Shown here piece by piece: positions 1 through 9,813 of a DNA stretch of 59,388 nt. Under the pieces are notes generated by a model that saw nothing but the letters and a program-made list of their open reading frames with translations, was not told where the DNA came from and made no database searches. Within the stretch, counting starts at the first letter, position 1; every line of letters begins with the position of its first letter. The stretch is from IMG/VR virus record IMGVR_UViG_3300025398_000930. The stretch is one strand, 5' to 3'. The translations under genes and the position numbers were made by a program. The stretch comes from an uncultured virus (IMG/VR IMGVR_UViG_3300025398_000930) (lineage: Duplodnaviria > Heunggongvirae > Uroviricota > Caudoviricetes).

Positions 1-1948
1 ATACACCTACGTCACAAATAGATTCACGTTTAAAGAAATAGCGAGGATCGATTGAGTTGAGTTTATCTTTAGCCCACTGCTTAATGTTGTTATTAAGGTA
101 AACTCCCAATTCATCATCAATGAACTTTAAGCCCTCTTTATTAACCTTGTTATCGGTTAATATATTTAACTTCATCTGTTCTAATAGAGGCTGAATAGTA
201 ACGTGGGTACTATCCGTGTCGTTATATATTGTTAACGACTTACCAGACCAACCAAACTTTTCTTTAGCGTACTGATCAATGATATCAGATGCTTGCTTAA
301 CCACCGACTGACCAGTAAGAGTGATGCTACCAGCATGATCGCTATCGCAAATAGGACTAAACTTATTAGCAAAAACCCCGTAGATAGAGTTGAGAAGAAT
401 TTTGATGACGTGCTGGATTGTGTCTGCTCGTTCCATATTAAACTTACACGTTTTGTATTCATCGGTATCGGGGGTTAGTTTACTTAGTTTCTTTTTAAGT
501 TCGACATATTGGTTTTTGTTTTTAACACGCTCACTATAAAGACCGTCAATCAGAGAAGGTACTACACCTTTCTTTTTCTGTGTGTAAAGTACGTTTGCTT
601 TAGAAAGAGCGAGTTTTTCACTTTGTACAAACTGTATAAACTTCTCATGAGTTAGCTTATGTTCAGTGTTGTTGTTTAAACGTATAGTAATTTCACTATC
701 ACTCTTATTAACTATCTTACCAACCTTTGTCTCAGGGGATATATTCAGGGTAATAATAGTATTAGGGTATAGTGAGTTAGCGTCATAACTTACAATAGAC
801 TTCTGGAGCCCTCTTTCTGGTTCTCTCACAAATCCGCCTTGAATTTCTTCACGTAAAGGTCCTTCAACGAAAGTAGGTATAATCATACCGTGTTTATGTG
901 CCTCTAACGCAACACACCCAGTAACGATAGATACTTTACCTAAAGCAGCTTCAAACGAAGTTAGACCTTTATAAGCTAACATACGAATGATCTTAAAGAA
1001 TTGTAGTTTCTTCTCCATTCGTACTAATAGGTCAACGTCTTGAATGTTATAATCTACAAAGTTCTTCCAATCGTTCTCAGATAGAGAGGCTAAATTAGTA
1101 GCATTGATAGCCAGTTTACCTTCACCAAGTTCGTGTTGTGCTACAAAGTTTAGAGCATAAGACTCTAACAAACCACGAGCAAAACCTCTATACACTTCAA
1201 GATAATCCATTGCAGATATACCGTGTATGTACCAACGATCTAACTCTTGACCTTTAACAAAAATACCTTTACGGCACCAAAGACTTTTTACCGGTGAAAG
1301 ACGTTTAGCAGCATCTTCACCTAAAAGATTGTTGATACGGTTAATTAAGTAAGGGAAATCGAAAAAGTCTGTATTCCACCCAGATAAGATGTCAGGGTAA
1401 TAGCCGTTTTCCCAGAACTCTAAAAACTTATCTAACAGATTGTACTCACTTGTACACTCAGTGTATGTAACATTACTACGAGTCGGAGTATAAGGCTTAC
1501 AGCCCCAGGTATAAAAGTGTTCAGATAGGTTATCATAAATCGTTATAAGGTTAATAGGGTGTTTAGCATCCTTAGCTTCAGGGAACTCATCTGGTGAATA
1601 AACTTCGATATCAAGAAAGCATACCTTTAACGGGTTAGCAGAGAATTCAGGCTTTTCATACTCTTCTTTAAAGTTTTCAATAAGAAACTGTTGTTCTACC
1701 TGAATATTGTGATAAAGTCTTTTAATTGCACCATCTTGTGCAGCTTTATTACGATCAAAATTACTCTTGAATACTTTCTTCTTTAGTTTAGTATTAAAGA
1801 TAGATAAAGCATCAGCTGTCTCTGCGTTTGTTTCAATATAAAAATAAGGATGGTACGGTGTTTTTTTAATTACACGGTTACCATCCTTATCCCAAGTAAA
1901 GAGATGACAAACACTATCGCGTTGACTATAATATATGTTACGGTACAC
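1..1948 (-). CDS. gp43: Family B DNA polymerase (T4 gp43-like), 3' end truncated by the window edge
   Basis: Absent from the ORF track because it has no stop in the window. Translated by hand from GTG at 1948: MYRNIYYSQRDSVCHLFTWD...; ExoI FLDIEVYS, motif A SYDANSLYP, motif B KILLNSIYG, motif C YNDTDS. Confidence 0.95.
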   Translation of the reverse strand, partial: MYRNIYYSQRDSVCHLFTWDKDGNRVIKKTPYHPYFYIETNAETADALSIFNTKLKKKVFKSNFDRNKAAQDGAIKRLYHNIQVEQQFLIENFKEEYEKPEFSANPLKVCFLDIEVYSPDEFPEAKDAKHPINLITIYDNLSEHFYTWGCKPYTPTRSNVTYTECTSEYNLLDKFLEFWENGYYPDILSGWNTDFFDFPYLINRINNLLGEDAAKRLSPVKSLWCRKGIFVKGQELDRWYIHGISAMDYLEVYRGFARGLLESYALNFVAQHELGEGKLAINATNLASLSENDWKNFVDYNIQDVDLLVRMEKKLQFFKIIRMLAYKGLTSFEAALGKVSIVTGCVALEAHKHGMIIPTFVEGPLREEIQGGFVREPERGLQKSIVSYDANSLYPNTIITLNISPETKVGKIVNKSDSEITIRLNNNTEHKLTHEKFIQFVQSEKLALSKANVLYTQKKKGVVPSLIDGLYSERVKNKNQYVELKKKLSKLTPDTDEYKTCKFNMERADTIQHVIKILLNSIYGVFANKFSPICDSDHAGSITLTGQSVVKQASDIIDQYAKEKFGWSGKSLTIYNDTDSTHVTIQPLLEQMKLNILTDNKVNKEGLKFIDDELGVYLNNNIKQWAKDKLNSIDPRYFFKRESICDVGV

Positions 1949-1956
1949 AGGTCATT

Positions 1957-1984
1957 ATTATGTGACCTTTTAATAAAATATCAA
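1957..1984 (-). promoter_or_regulatory. Sigma70-like promoter for the DNA polymerase gene
   Basis: TTGATA-N16-CATAAT, 8 nt before GTG. Confidence 0.5.
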
Positions 1985-3162
1985 GAGAAATATAGTCTGC
2001 AATGCTCATCAATATGATCTTCTAACCAATACTTTGTAGCATTCTTACGGGCAACATCTGATTCAGTAAGATATAAGCGACGATCGCCTATTATTTTCTT
2101 AATAACATCAATCATTTCATCCCCTGTATTAAATTTTAGAGGTGCATCTTTGTAAGGTTCTAAGTTTTGGCAAACGCAAGGTATACCTAAGGCTCCTGCT
2201 TCAATATGTTTAATATTGGCTTTAGCCAGGTTAAACCTGTTGTTCTGTAAAGGAGCTATAACCATATTAACCTTTAATGCATTATATGCATATGGATAAT
2301 CCCAGATCTTTGTCCAGCCTACATATTCAATATCCCCACTTCTTACAAGGTCTGCTAATTCAGCAGGACAACCACCCATCAATACCCACTTAAACTGTTT
2401 AACTGTTTTTCTAATTACTTCAAGTATATCACCGAAGTCATCTTTTACTCCAGGTGTACCTGCAATATTAAAGTGAGTTGGGCTACCAATATAACCAATA
2501 CGAGGACGTTTCTTATTGTTTTCGTAATTCTCAATAGTCTTGTCTTTACTATAGAAACGATCCATCCAGAACTTAGGCATGTAGTTTGGCAACGTAATAC
2601 CCTTAACGCCTGACTTCTCTTGATAGTAATTTGCCATGTAATCAGTTGGAGCAGTAATACCATCGCATAACTGCATAATCTCTACAGCTGTCTTAGCAAT
2701 ATTAGGGTCAGTAAATGCTTCACGGGCTTTGTTATAAAGCGGTATATCTTCAGCAAATATAACATCATCAATTTCGTAGTATATTTTAAATTTGTTAGTT
2801 CTGTTAGATAGGTTTCTTAAGAACTTAACGAATTCTAATTGATAAGGAGTAACCTGTCTTTGTATTCTTACAGATTTAATATCTTGATAGAAATTCTCCT
2901 GTAAGATCATAAAGTTGTTATTATTAACAATACCTAATTGATTTGCATTAATAACAGACTCAGGCCAGTGCATACGCCAAAAACCACAACCCTGATGATC
3001 TGCAGCAAAGCTCACAGCTCTTTTCATACCACCAAGCTGTGATGATACATCAACCACTTGTGGTGTTTGCTGTGCAGTGTTTGCAAAAGGGCTACCTATT
3101 ACAGGTGCTCCGAGTGGTAAGTTTGGTGCTCCAATTACGTAGCCGTTATTAGGATATATCAT
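1981..3162 (-). CDS. Glycosyltransferase, GT-B fold (GT4-like)
   Basis: GCGFWRM, YEIDD, RIGYIGSPTH and PLQNNRFNLAKANIKHIEAGALGIPCVC, typical of phage GT-B enzymes. Confidence 0.75.
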   Translation of the reverse strand: MIYPNNGYVIGAPNLPLGAPVIGSPFANTAQQTPQVVDVSSQLGGMKRAVSFAADHQGCGFWRMHWPESVINANQLGIVNNNNFMILQENFYQDIKSVRIQRQVTPYQLEFVKFLRNLSNRTNKFKIYYEIDDVIFAEDIPLYNKAREAFTDPNIAKTAVEIMQLCDGITAPTDYMANYYQEKSGVKGITLPNYMPKFWMDRFYSKDKTIENYENNKKRPRIGYIGSPTHFNIAGTPGVKDDFGDILEVIRKTVKQFKWVLMGGCPAELADLVRSGDIEYVGWTKIWDYPYAYNALKVNMVIAPLQNNRFNLAKANIKHIEAGALGIPCVCQNLEPYKDAPLKFNTGDEMIDVIKKIIGDRRLYLTESDVARKNATKYWLEDHIDEHCRLYFS

Positions 3163-4972
3163 AGTCTGTTGTTCTTGTTGTTATGCCGTTCTTTTTAACG
3201 AGATATATTATTTCACCGCCAATACAGTACTTTTTACTTTCTTTACGATGAGAGATAATATAGATAGACTCGTTGTAATTATCTACTCTTTCTTTAAGAA
3301 TATCAAGTACTAAATCAATACCTTTCTCGTCTAAAGATGAGTCGAACAATTCATCGAACATACTTAAGTTAATCCATACATCAGCTTGTGCTCTACGGAT
3401 ATCTTGAAAGGTAAACAACATTGCAAGATCGATAGCTTTACGTTCAGCACCAGAGAAATTAAAGTAACTACACTGACTACCTCTCTCATTGGTAATGCTT
3501 TCTTCGAAGAACTCATCAAACGTTACTATACTATTACTTTCAAGTCTACGTAGATACGAAGCAAGTCTTGCATTAAGAACCTGTAATATCTTTTTAACAA
3601 TATAAGACTTTACACCTCTTTCATCTGTAATGAATTTAGCTGACTCAAGTATATCGATCTTTTCTTGTAAAGTATTGATACTATTTTTAATATCATTCTG
3701 TCTATTTAAAATATTATTAATTGACTCTTGGAAGTTATTAGAATCCTTGTTTAATTGATCGATATCAACAACAAGTGATTGTTGCCACTCGTTTAACTGT
3801 CTAACACGGGAATTAACACTCTCAACCTCTTTTCTACGAATTGTGAGATCGTTTAACTTCTTTTGAGTAGCGGTAATAGCCTTTTCAACCTTATCTAAGT
3901 CTTTTTGTATCTCTGTAATGTGAGGTTTTTCAGTGGTAATTACTGTAGTGTACTTTTGTATTTCGTCTTCACACTCAGCTTTATCTTTCTCGTATTGTGC
4001 GTTAGTAGCTTCAGCTAAATCCTTACCACAATGAGGACATTTACTGTCTACCTTCTTAAGTTTTTTGATACGATCATTATTAAGCTTAATATGTGTTTCT
4101 GCTTCAGTAATAAGTTTGTTAACTGAAGCCATTTTACGGTCACACACTTTTTCAGCATTCTTAAGCGTGTTTAAAGTATCTTCTATTTGTTTTTGAGCAG
4201 CAGTATCTACTGGTTCAAACTTACTAAGCTTCTCGTTTAACAGTACGAGCTCTTGTTCGTTGTTCTTTTGACGAGTCTGTAATGTTTCAAGTCTTTTCTT
4301 TTTACCCTCTTCGTATGTATCTTTCTGTTTTACAGCTTCTGCTAAAGATCTATTAGTTTCTTCTATTTTACTACCCTCTATGTCCAGATTACGTTTAGTT
4401 TCGTTAAAGTCAAAACGAACAAAGCTCAACATGTTACTAAACACTTCTAATCCAAGAATACCTTCAATAAACTTACGTTTATCGATCTTCTTCTGAGCCA
4501 TGAACGGTACAGTGGTATTAATCGACATAATAACACTGTTTTGAAATATTTCTGAAGATGTTTTAATAGTGTTAATAATAAGTTCAGTTGTTTGTGGTAC
4601 ACCTGAACGAGTAACATCTTCTCCATCAATATAGAAGTAACACTTAGTAGGATTGAGAGTTCTCAATACCTTACACTCTTTAGTTATATTGTTTTCTTGA
4701 TAACTAAAAGTCAATTCAACTTCACATAAAGCATCTGGTGCTTGATCGTTTACTATGTTTTCTTTTTTAAGATCGCGTATAGTGCTACCGTACAGAGCAA
4801 AATGCACTGCGTCAGCAATAGTGGACTTTCCAACGCCATTCGCTCTATCAGCTTTATCATAGTTTTTACCTGTTATGATATTTAGGCCAGGCTTGAAGTC
4901 AACCTCTACTGGTCTTTTACCAATAGATAAGAAGTTAGACACCTTGAGGTGTTTAAAATAAACATAACGCAT
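3149..4972 (-). CDS. gp46: Recombination endonuclease ATPase subunit (gp46/SbcC/Rad50-like)
   Basis: Walker A NGVGKST, long coiled coil with CPHC zinc hook, signature FSGAE, Walker B MFDELFD, IISH. Confidence 0.95.
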   Translation of the reverse strand: MRYVYFKHLKVSNFLSIGKRPVEVDFKPGLNIITGKNYDKADRANGVGKSTIADAVHFALYGSTIRDLKKENIVNDQAPDALCEVELTFSYQENNITKECKVLRTLNPTKCYFYIDGEDVTRSGVPQTTELIINTIKTSSEIFQNSVIMSINTTVPFMAQKKIDKRKFIEGILGLEVFSNMLSFVRFDFNETKRNLDIEGSKIEETNRSLAEAVKQKDTYEEGKKKRLETLQTRQKNNEQELVLLNEKLSKFEPVDTAAQKQIEDTLNTLKNAEKVCDRKMASVNKLITEAETHIKLNNDRIKKLKKVDSKCPHCGKDLAEATNAQYEKDKAECEDEIQKYTTVITTEKPHITEIQKDLDKVEKAITATQKKLNDLTIRRKEVESVNSRVRQLNEWQQSLVVDIDQLNKDSNNFQESINNILNRQNDIKNSINTLQEKIDILESAKFITDERGVKSYIVKKILQVLNARLASYLRRLESNSIVTFDEFFEESITNERGSQCSYFNFSGAERKAIDLAMLFTFQDIRRAQADVWINLSMFDELFDSSLDEKGIDLVLDILKERVDNYNESIYIISHRKESKKYCIGGEIIYLVKKNGITTRTTDYDIS

Positions 4973-4978
4973 TCAGTT

Positions 4979-5006
4979 ATTATAACTGCTTTATACAGAA
5001 AGCCAA
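4979..5006 (-). promoter_or_regulatory. Sigma70-like promoter for gp46
   Basis: TTGGCT-N16-TATAAT, 6 nt before ATG. Confidence 0.55.
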
Positions 5007-5740
5007 GGCCAGGTTTTGATTTCTTTCAACAAAACATCTTTTGTCATGTTTACAATTCTATTGTATTCTTGCGTGTTTTTTGTATAAAAAGGGTTAGATT
5101 CACTACTATCATTGTTTCTACTGTGATTTATATGATATAGTGGTCCGTTTACTCGCCCTGGTCTGTAACCAAGTGCAAGAAACCTTCTCATTCTTTCCCA
5201 ATCTTCTGCACCCCAGGATATAAAGTTTTCATTCTCCATACCACCGGCAATAAACACGTCCTTATTCCAAATAACTGCTCCACCTACAGAGTTGTTTCCG
5301 AAGTTTGGGTACTTGGTCGGATCAAGTCCGTCTACATTATATTCATTATTTAGAGCATCTTTAGGTATATTAACAAATAAACCACTATAAGGGTAGCAAT
5401 AATCTACTTCATTCTTTCTCAAAAGATTGACTGCTTTTACAACTTGTTTAACCGGAAATAAAACATCACAATCATAATTAGAGACAAACTTAGTCTGTGC
5501 TATACGAGCCATCTTGTTAAGATAACGTGTGCGATGAAACGGGCCGTTATTTTCTTCAAAAGCATGCATCACACCATGTTTGTTTTCAAATAATTGTTTA
5601 GGTCCACTTTCATAAACAATAACGTTTGTATCAAAATTAGTTAATAGATAGTTAATAGTATAATCAATATTAAACTTTCTATCTTCACTATCTATTCTTA
5701 CTGGTAAGGTAAATGTAACGTCTTTTAGGTCTATTTTCAT
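4991..5740 (-). CDS. Glycosyltransferase (GT2/GT7-like galactosyltransferase-type)
   Basis: NYDCD (DXD), GGMENENFISWGAEDWE motif of the GT7 C-terminal domain; start placed at MKIDLKD (5740). Confidence 0.75.
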   Translation of the reverse strand: MKIDLKDVTFTLPVRIDSEDRKFNIDYTINYLLTNFDTNVIVYESGPKQLFENKHGVMHAFEENNGPFHRTRYLNKMARIAQTKFVSNYDCDVLFPVKQVVKAVNLLRKNEVDYCYPYSGLFVNIPKDALNNEYNVDGLDPTKYPNFGNNSVGGAVIWNKDVFIAGGMENENFISWGAEDWERMRRFLALGYRPGRVNGPLYHINHSRNNDSSESNPFYTKNTQEYNRIVNMTKDVLLKEIKTWPWLSV

Positions 5741-5741
5741 A

Positions 5742-6398
5742 TTAGTTTGCATACTTCCACATGCCGGATAAAAAGTGATGTATGTTTCTATCTCTTAAAA
5801 GATACAACTGACAGGGTATCTTTTTAATCTGTATGTTTTTAGTTTTTAACATGTGTGTTATTAGTTCTTCTCCGGATGTTATTTTAACACCGATTTTAAA
5901 ATAATTAACTATGTTATCGTATATTTCTCCGTATAATTTAATATTATCTGAAGTAGAAAAATTAAGCCAGTCAGAAATTACAGCAGGATTAGCACAAACA
6001 TTTGGAGAAAACACGCCTTCACTTAAGTTAAACTGTTCAATGTTAAGTTTTGATTCTAAACCTATATCAAAACGTGTTCTAATGATAGCGTCATATTTAA
6101 AGTTATTTGCTTGCTCATACTCTGATAAAAGTCTTAAACTCTCTTTCATTGAGTAGAACATACTAAAGTGTATAAACGCTTCTTTACTGCATTCCTTTAC
6201 GTTTGACGGAACGACATTCTTTTGTGGTTCTACAATAATGCCTTTAGGTTCATAAAGGTAACAATCTTTATTAAGAGGTCCTTCCCAAGTATGTATAAAA
6301 ACATCGTAGTTATTGAAGTCGACAAGATTGTCTTGAAGTGTCTTTAGACCTTCAATTATAAATCTACTTTGACCGGAAAATGAAATAGCTTTTCTCAT
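5742..6398 (-). CDS. Hypothetical protein, probable sugar-transferase-like
   Basis: AISFSGQSR...DVFIHTW...YDAIIRTRFD pattern seen in polysaccharide loci; lies inside the sugar cluster. Confidence 0.45.
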   Translation of the reverse strand: MRKAISFSGQSRFIIEGLKTLQDNLVDFNNYDVFIHTWEGPLNKDCYLYEPKGIIVEPQKNVVPSNVKECSKEAFIHFSMFYSMKESLRLLSEYEQANNFKYDAIIRTRFDIGLESKLNIEQFNLSEGVFSPNVCANPAVISDWLNFSTSDNIKLYGEIYDNIVNYFKIGVKITSGEELITHMLKTKNIQIKKIPCQLYLLRDRNIHHFLSGMWKYAN

Positions 6399-6721
6399 TT
6401 AACTACGTCGTACTTATCAGACGGTATGGAAGGCCATTTCACAACAATTAAATCCACATCATTAATAACAACTACATCCGATACTTCATTAGGATGATAA
6501 ACAAACATATCACCCTTTGCATACACCTTACCTGCTATTTGTACTGCACCCTTAACAATATAGGTAACTTCAGTAGCAATTTTATGTGTATGCAATGGAC
6601 CTTTATAACCTGCTGAGTGTGTGTGATGAGCTACTTCAAAGAAGCAGTTCTTAAACACAGAAGGATTAAAGTCTCCTATAAACCACCCGCCTTTAAAATC
6701 TTTAATATTATAGACGTCCAT
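6395..6721 (-). CDS. Cupin-domain protein (possible sugar epimerase/isomerase)
   Basis: GWFIGDF, HTHKIATEVTYIVKG cupin motif; 108 aa. Confidence 0.7.
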   Translation of the reverse strand: MDVYNIKDFKGGWFIGDFNPSVFKNCFFEVAHHTHSAGYKGPLHTHKIATEVTYIVKGAVQIAGKVYAKGDMFVYHPNEVSDVVVINDVDLIVVKWPSIPSDKYDVVK

Positions 6722-7874
6722 AACTGTTTTCTATTTTTTGAATACGTGCACAATGTCTACCACCCTCAAACGTAGTATTTTTAAGTATATTAATATATAC
6801 AGCCAATTTAACCATATCAGTTATACGCGCGGGTATAGAGAAAAAATTACAGCAATTATGCTTAATTGAGTTTTCTGCGCTTACATCATCATAGATTAGT
6901 GCAGATCTTATACCATCGGTTTTATTTGCCGCTATATTGACAGCTTGACCGGTATAACAGAAACCTATACCATGTGTACAGGTACCATTTTTAATAAATG
7001 TTATTGCTTGAGATATGTAGTCAAATTGATCACAATCTTTGTCTGTAAAACAGCCTAAATCTACGTACTCATATCCATATTCTTCAAGAATAGTTTTACA
7101 TTGTTCTTTAAGCTCAAAACCGCTGTGATCGCTTGCTAAAGCAATTTTACCCTTACCAAAATGATTTAATACTCGTGTAGTAAAGAACTTATACTCTTCA
7201 GGTGTACCCATAATGAACATTTTATCTACATCCTTTATAGTTACTTTTAGCCCATCTTCAATCATTAAATTGTAAAGCGGGGTAATATAAAACTCGTTAC
7301 GTGTACGTAAATTCATTTTAATCATTTTTTCTGCATACTTTACAAATGCTTTGCCTGTTTTGAAGCCGTAAACACCTACGCAAGCATTATTACTAACGAC
7401 CTCTTTTTCTGCAGTTAATAATGCATTACCGTCTGCATCCGTCTTAATATAACTGTAAGCAGGGTTGTTACTCTTAAATGTTAATACATTACCGTCTTCT
7501 TGTAAGTCATAAGGCTTAAATACGGGGTTAAAATGCACGTCTACTGTATAGATAAAAAGAGGTAGTTTATTATTAATATATTCTTTAGCTAACAAACAAG
7601 TAGATACACTACCATCTGTAACCTTATCAATAACGACTATTTGAATGTCGTTACCGAACTTTTTACGGAATATTTCATCAACACCAAAATTATTAATGTG
7701 ATCCTGTCTTAAACAGAAAATTAAATTACATTCTGAAGTATCTATAGAGCTTAGAGCCCAATCAATAAGATGCTTATCATAAGCTGTAATCATGTACTTT
7801 GGTACAACGAAACCTTCATCTACGAAGCGTTGTCCACGACCAGCAAGAGGTACTAAAAGGTTATACTTTTTCAT
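6708..7874 (-). CDS. Sugar-phosphate nucleotidyltransferase fused to an RpiB/LacAB-type isomerase
   Basis: N-terminal PLAGRGQRF...PKYMI and EFYITPLYN...MGTPEE (NTP transferase); C-terminal IALASDHSGFELK...GFCYTGQ..NIAANK..GIRSAL...FEGGRHCARI (RpiB). Confidence 0.85.
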   Translation of the reverse strand: MKKYNLLVPLAGRGQRFVDEGFVVPKYMITAYDKHLIDWALSSIDTSECNLIFCLRQDHINNFGVDEIFRKKFGNDIQIVVIDKVTDGSVSTCLLAKEYINNKLPLFIYTVDVHFNPVFKPYDLQEDGNVLTFKSNNPAYSYIKTDADGNALLTAEKEVVSNNACVGVYGFKTGKAFVKYAEKMIKMNLRTRNEFYITPLYNLMIEDGLKVTIKDVDKMFIMGTPEEYKFFTTRVLNHFGKGKIALASDHSGFELKEQCKTILEEYGYEYVDLGCFTDKDCDQFDYISQAITFIKNGTCTHGIGFCYTGQAVNIAANKTDGIRSALIYDDVSAENSIKHNCCNFFSIPARITDMVKLAVYINILKNTTFEGGRHCARIQKIENSYGRL

Positions 7875-8544
7875 TTTTAAAGTGTTTGGTAAGCTCGTTA
7901 TGAGCGTTCTGTATTACCTTAGGAAGGCCTTTTGCACTATCAAGCATTCCTGCTAATATATATGCAGCAAATTTGTCTCCTGCTCCAAGTACATTGACAT
8001 CTGGAACAAGCTCTGCTTCAAAGTGTACTTTTGCACCAGACTTAGAATATAGTGTACTACCATTAGAGCTATGCAATAAAACATCACCCCTTACTGACTT
8101 GCAAAGGTTAGATATATCGAGATAGTGTGAATCTTCATCTGATATTAAAAGAAGATCTATGTATTTTAAGCATGAATCATATACATTTAAAGGTGTTCCG
8201 TTGCAAGTATCAGCTACATTAATACCCTTTAAATTTGATAAAAAACTCTTATCGTGTAACTCGTTTAAATACATTATATGATTGATTTTAGTAGAATGTA
8301 TACGAGGTAGTTGAGTTTTTAAGGATAAATGGGATATACTCGTGCGTTTGCACTGTTTAACATCTATTAGTATTAACGATTCACCTATGTCCGTAGGTTC
8401 TACTTTAACCTTAATATCTGAATTAATTAATTTAAGTTGATTCCAAACATTACCAATACACCCTACTGAAGATCTATTTTTAAAACCTTCGTATATGTTG
8501 TCGTAGCTTAAATGGCCGTAAAGTGTTATATCAAAACTTTTCAT
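7861..8544 (-). CDS. PfkB/ribokinase-family carbohydrate kinase
   Basis: C-terminal NVLGAGDKFAA PfkB signature. Confidence 0.75.
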   Translation of the reverse strand: MKSFDITLYGHLSYDNIYEGFKNRSSVGCIGNVWNQLKLINSDIKVKVEPTDIGESLILIDVKQCKRTSISHLSLKTQLPRIHSTKINHIMYLNELHDKSFLSNLKGINVADTCNGTPLNVYDSCLKYIDLLLISDEDSHYLDISNLCKSVRGDVLLHSSNGSTLYSKSGAKVHFEAELVPDVNVLGAGDKFAAYILAGMLDSAKGLPKVIQNAHNELTKHFKNEKV

Positions 8545-9052
8545 TACGATCCCATTTAATTAATACATCTAAAGTTGGTTCAAAAACCTTACCCTTTAAC
8601 AAAAAGTATTCAAACAGTTTAACAATTACCCCATTACCCCCGTTAGCTTTAAGTTCGGTAGCAACACGCTTAACACTATCAGGTGAGTCAGAAGGACAGA
8701 AACTATAACCCACTTGTTTCATTATGTTGATATCAAACACGTCGTCCCCAACATACACCATATCTACACTATCCACGTTATACTTCTTTTTAAACTCTGG
8801 TATATAGGTTGCTTTATCAACCATACCACCAGAATCTCTATTATTATAAAATTCTATACCTCTATTGTTTGCTACTGCTTCATTTACGTTTGTATCGCCG
8901 GATAAGAACACTACATCCCACCCATTGGCTTTAAATTGCTTAATTGCAGTAAAATCTCTATCATTAAAGGTTTTGTATACACCTTTGCCAGTATTATCGT
9001 AATACTTTTTACCATCTGTTAAGATACCATCAACGTCTAAGATTAGCAACAT
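8531..9052 (-). CDS. HAD phosphatase, KdsC/YrbI-like
   Basis: LDVDGILTDG, FNDRD, YVGDDVFD, GGNGV; start placed at MLLILDVDG (9052). Confidence 0.85.
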   Translation of the reverse strand: MLLILDVDGILTDGKKYYDNTGKGVYKTFNDRDFTAIKQFKANGWDVVFLSGDTNVNEAVANNRGIEFYNNRDSGGMVDKATYIPEFKKKYNVDSVDMVYVGDDVFDINIMKQVGYSFCPSDSPDSVKRVATELKANGGNGVIVKLFEYFLLKGKVFEPTLDVLIKWDRNEKF

Positions 9053-9521
9053 ATTCTTTATAATAATATATGTTATCAGAACAAATTCCAGCAAAATCTA
9101 CTAAATGATCGATTGAGAATTTCCACCGTGGGTCTTCTGGCATAACACAAATTGCGCCGTGATAGGATTTACCGTACGTAGGGCTTAACCAAATATAGTG
9201 CTTAGACGTTAAGGTGCAATCATCTTTATCAATATAAAAACAATTTAATGCTATTTTATCTTTTAATACGTCTAACGCTTCTATATTTTTACAATGTATC
9301 CAGAGTCCTTTTTTATACAAGAACTCAATATCGACTTTATATTGAGGTACGTCGTGTCCAAGATAAAAATTATCGTCTACAAACCATACATCAATTTCTA
9401 CATCAAAACCATGATCTAAACAATACTGTACCTGTTCTGGTTTATTTTCTTTATCAGATTTACCGTTTAAATTACCGCGATGGCAAATCCAGTATACTTT
9501 ATTTAAATTTTTTGCGGTCAT
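9030..9521 (-). CDS. PLC-like/glycerophosphodiester phosphodiesterase-like protein
   Basis: HRGN...EN...GFDVEIDVW...LGHD...WIHCKN...GICSD. Confidence 0.7.
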   Translation of the reverse strand: MTAKNLNKVYWICHRGNLNGKSDKENKPEQVQYCLDHGFDVEIDVWFVDDNFYLGHDVPQYKVDIEFLYKKGLWIHCKNIEALDVLKDKIALNCFYIDKDDCTLTSKHYIWLSPTYGKSYHGAICVMPEDPRWKFSIDHLVDFAGICSDNIYYYKEYVANLRR

Positions 9522-9813
9522 CGAGTTCTGGTTTGTTTTGCTGCGTCCACATAGCCCCCATTATATTCCATACTACAGCAGATAGGTGATCTTCATCTTC
9601 TTCACCCATCCACCATTTGAGTAAGTGGCGTTGTGCACTATCATAAAACACAGAGGTAGTCATACCATGTTTCCAATTATCAAACCCGTACTTTTCACCA
9701 CCCTTGCGGTAATGGTCCATGACCCTTACAAGTTCCTGAGTAGGTATTAAACTCATTCTCGGTTTACCTGCATCGGTATCTCTTTGTGCACCAGTATCAA
9801 ATTGTCTTTTCAT
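9499..9813 (-). CDS. dATP/dGTP diphosphohydrolase-like protein (DUF5664-type)
   Basis: DAGKPRMSLIP...GGEKYGFDNWKHG...SAQRHL..W..GEEDEDHLSAVVWN. Confidence 0.7.
   Translation of the reverse strand: MKRQFDTGAQRDTDAGKPRMSLIPTQELVRVMDHYRKGGEKYGFDNWKHGMTTSVFYDSAQRHLLKWWMGEEDEDHLSAVVWNIMGAMWTQQNKPELDDRKKFK

Noticed and set aside
232..478. Two short track ORFs at the left edge
   Set aside because: They lie within the DNA polymerase gene in other frames
1..1948. Intein or intron in the DNA polymerase; YNDTDS variant as a sign of modified-base specificity
   Set aside because: Motif spacing is ordinary with no intein signature, and the residue before DTDS varies among family-B polymerases, so it supports nothing alone
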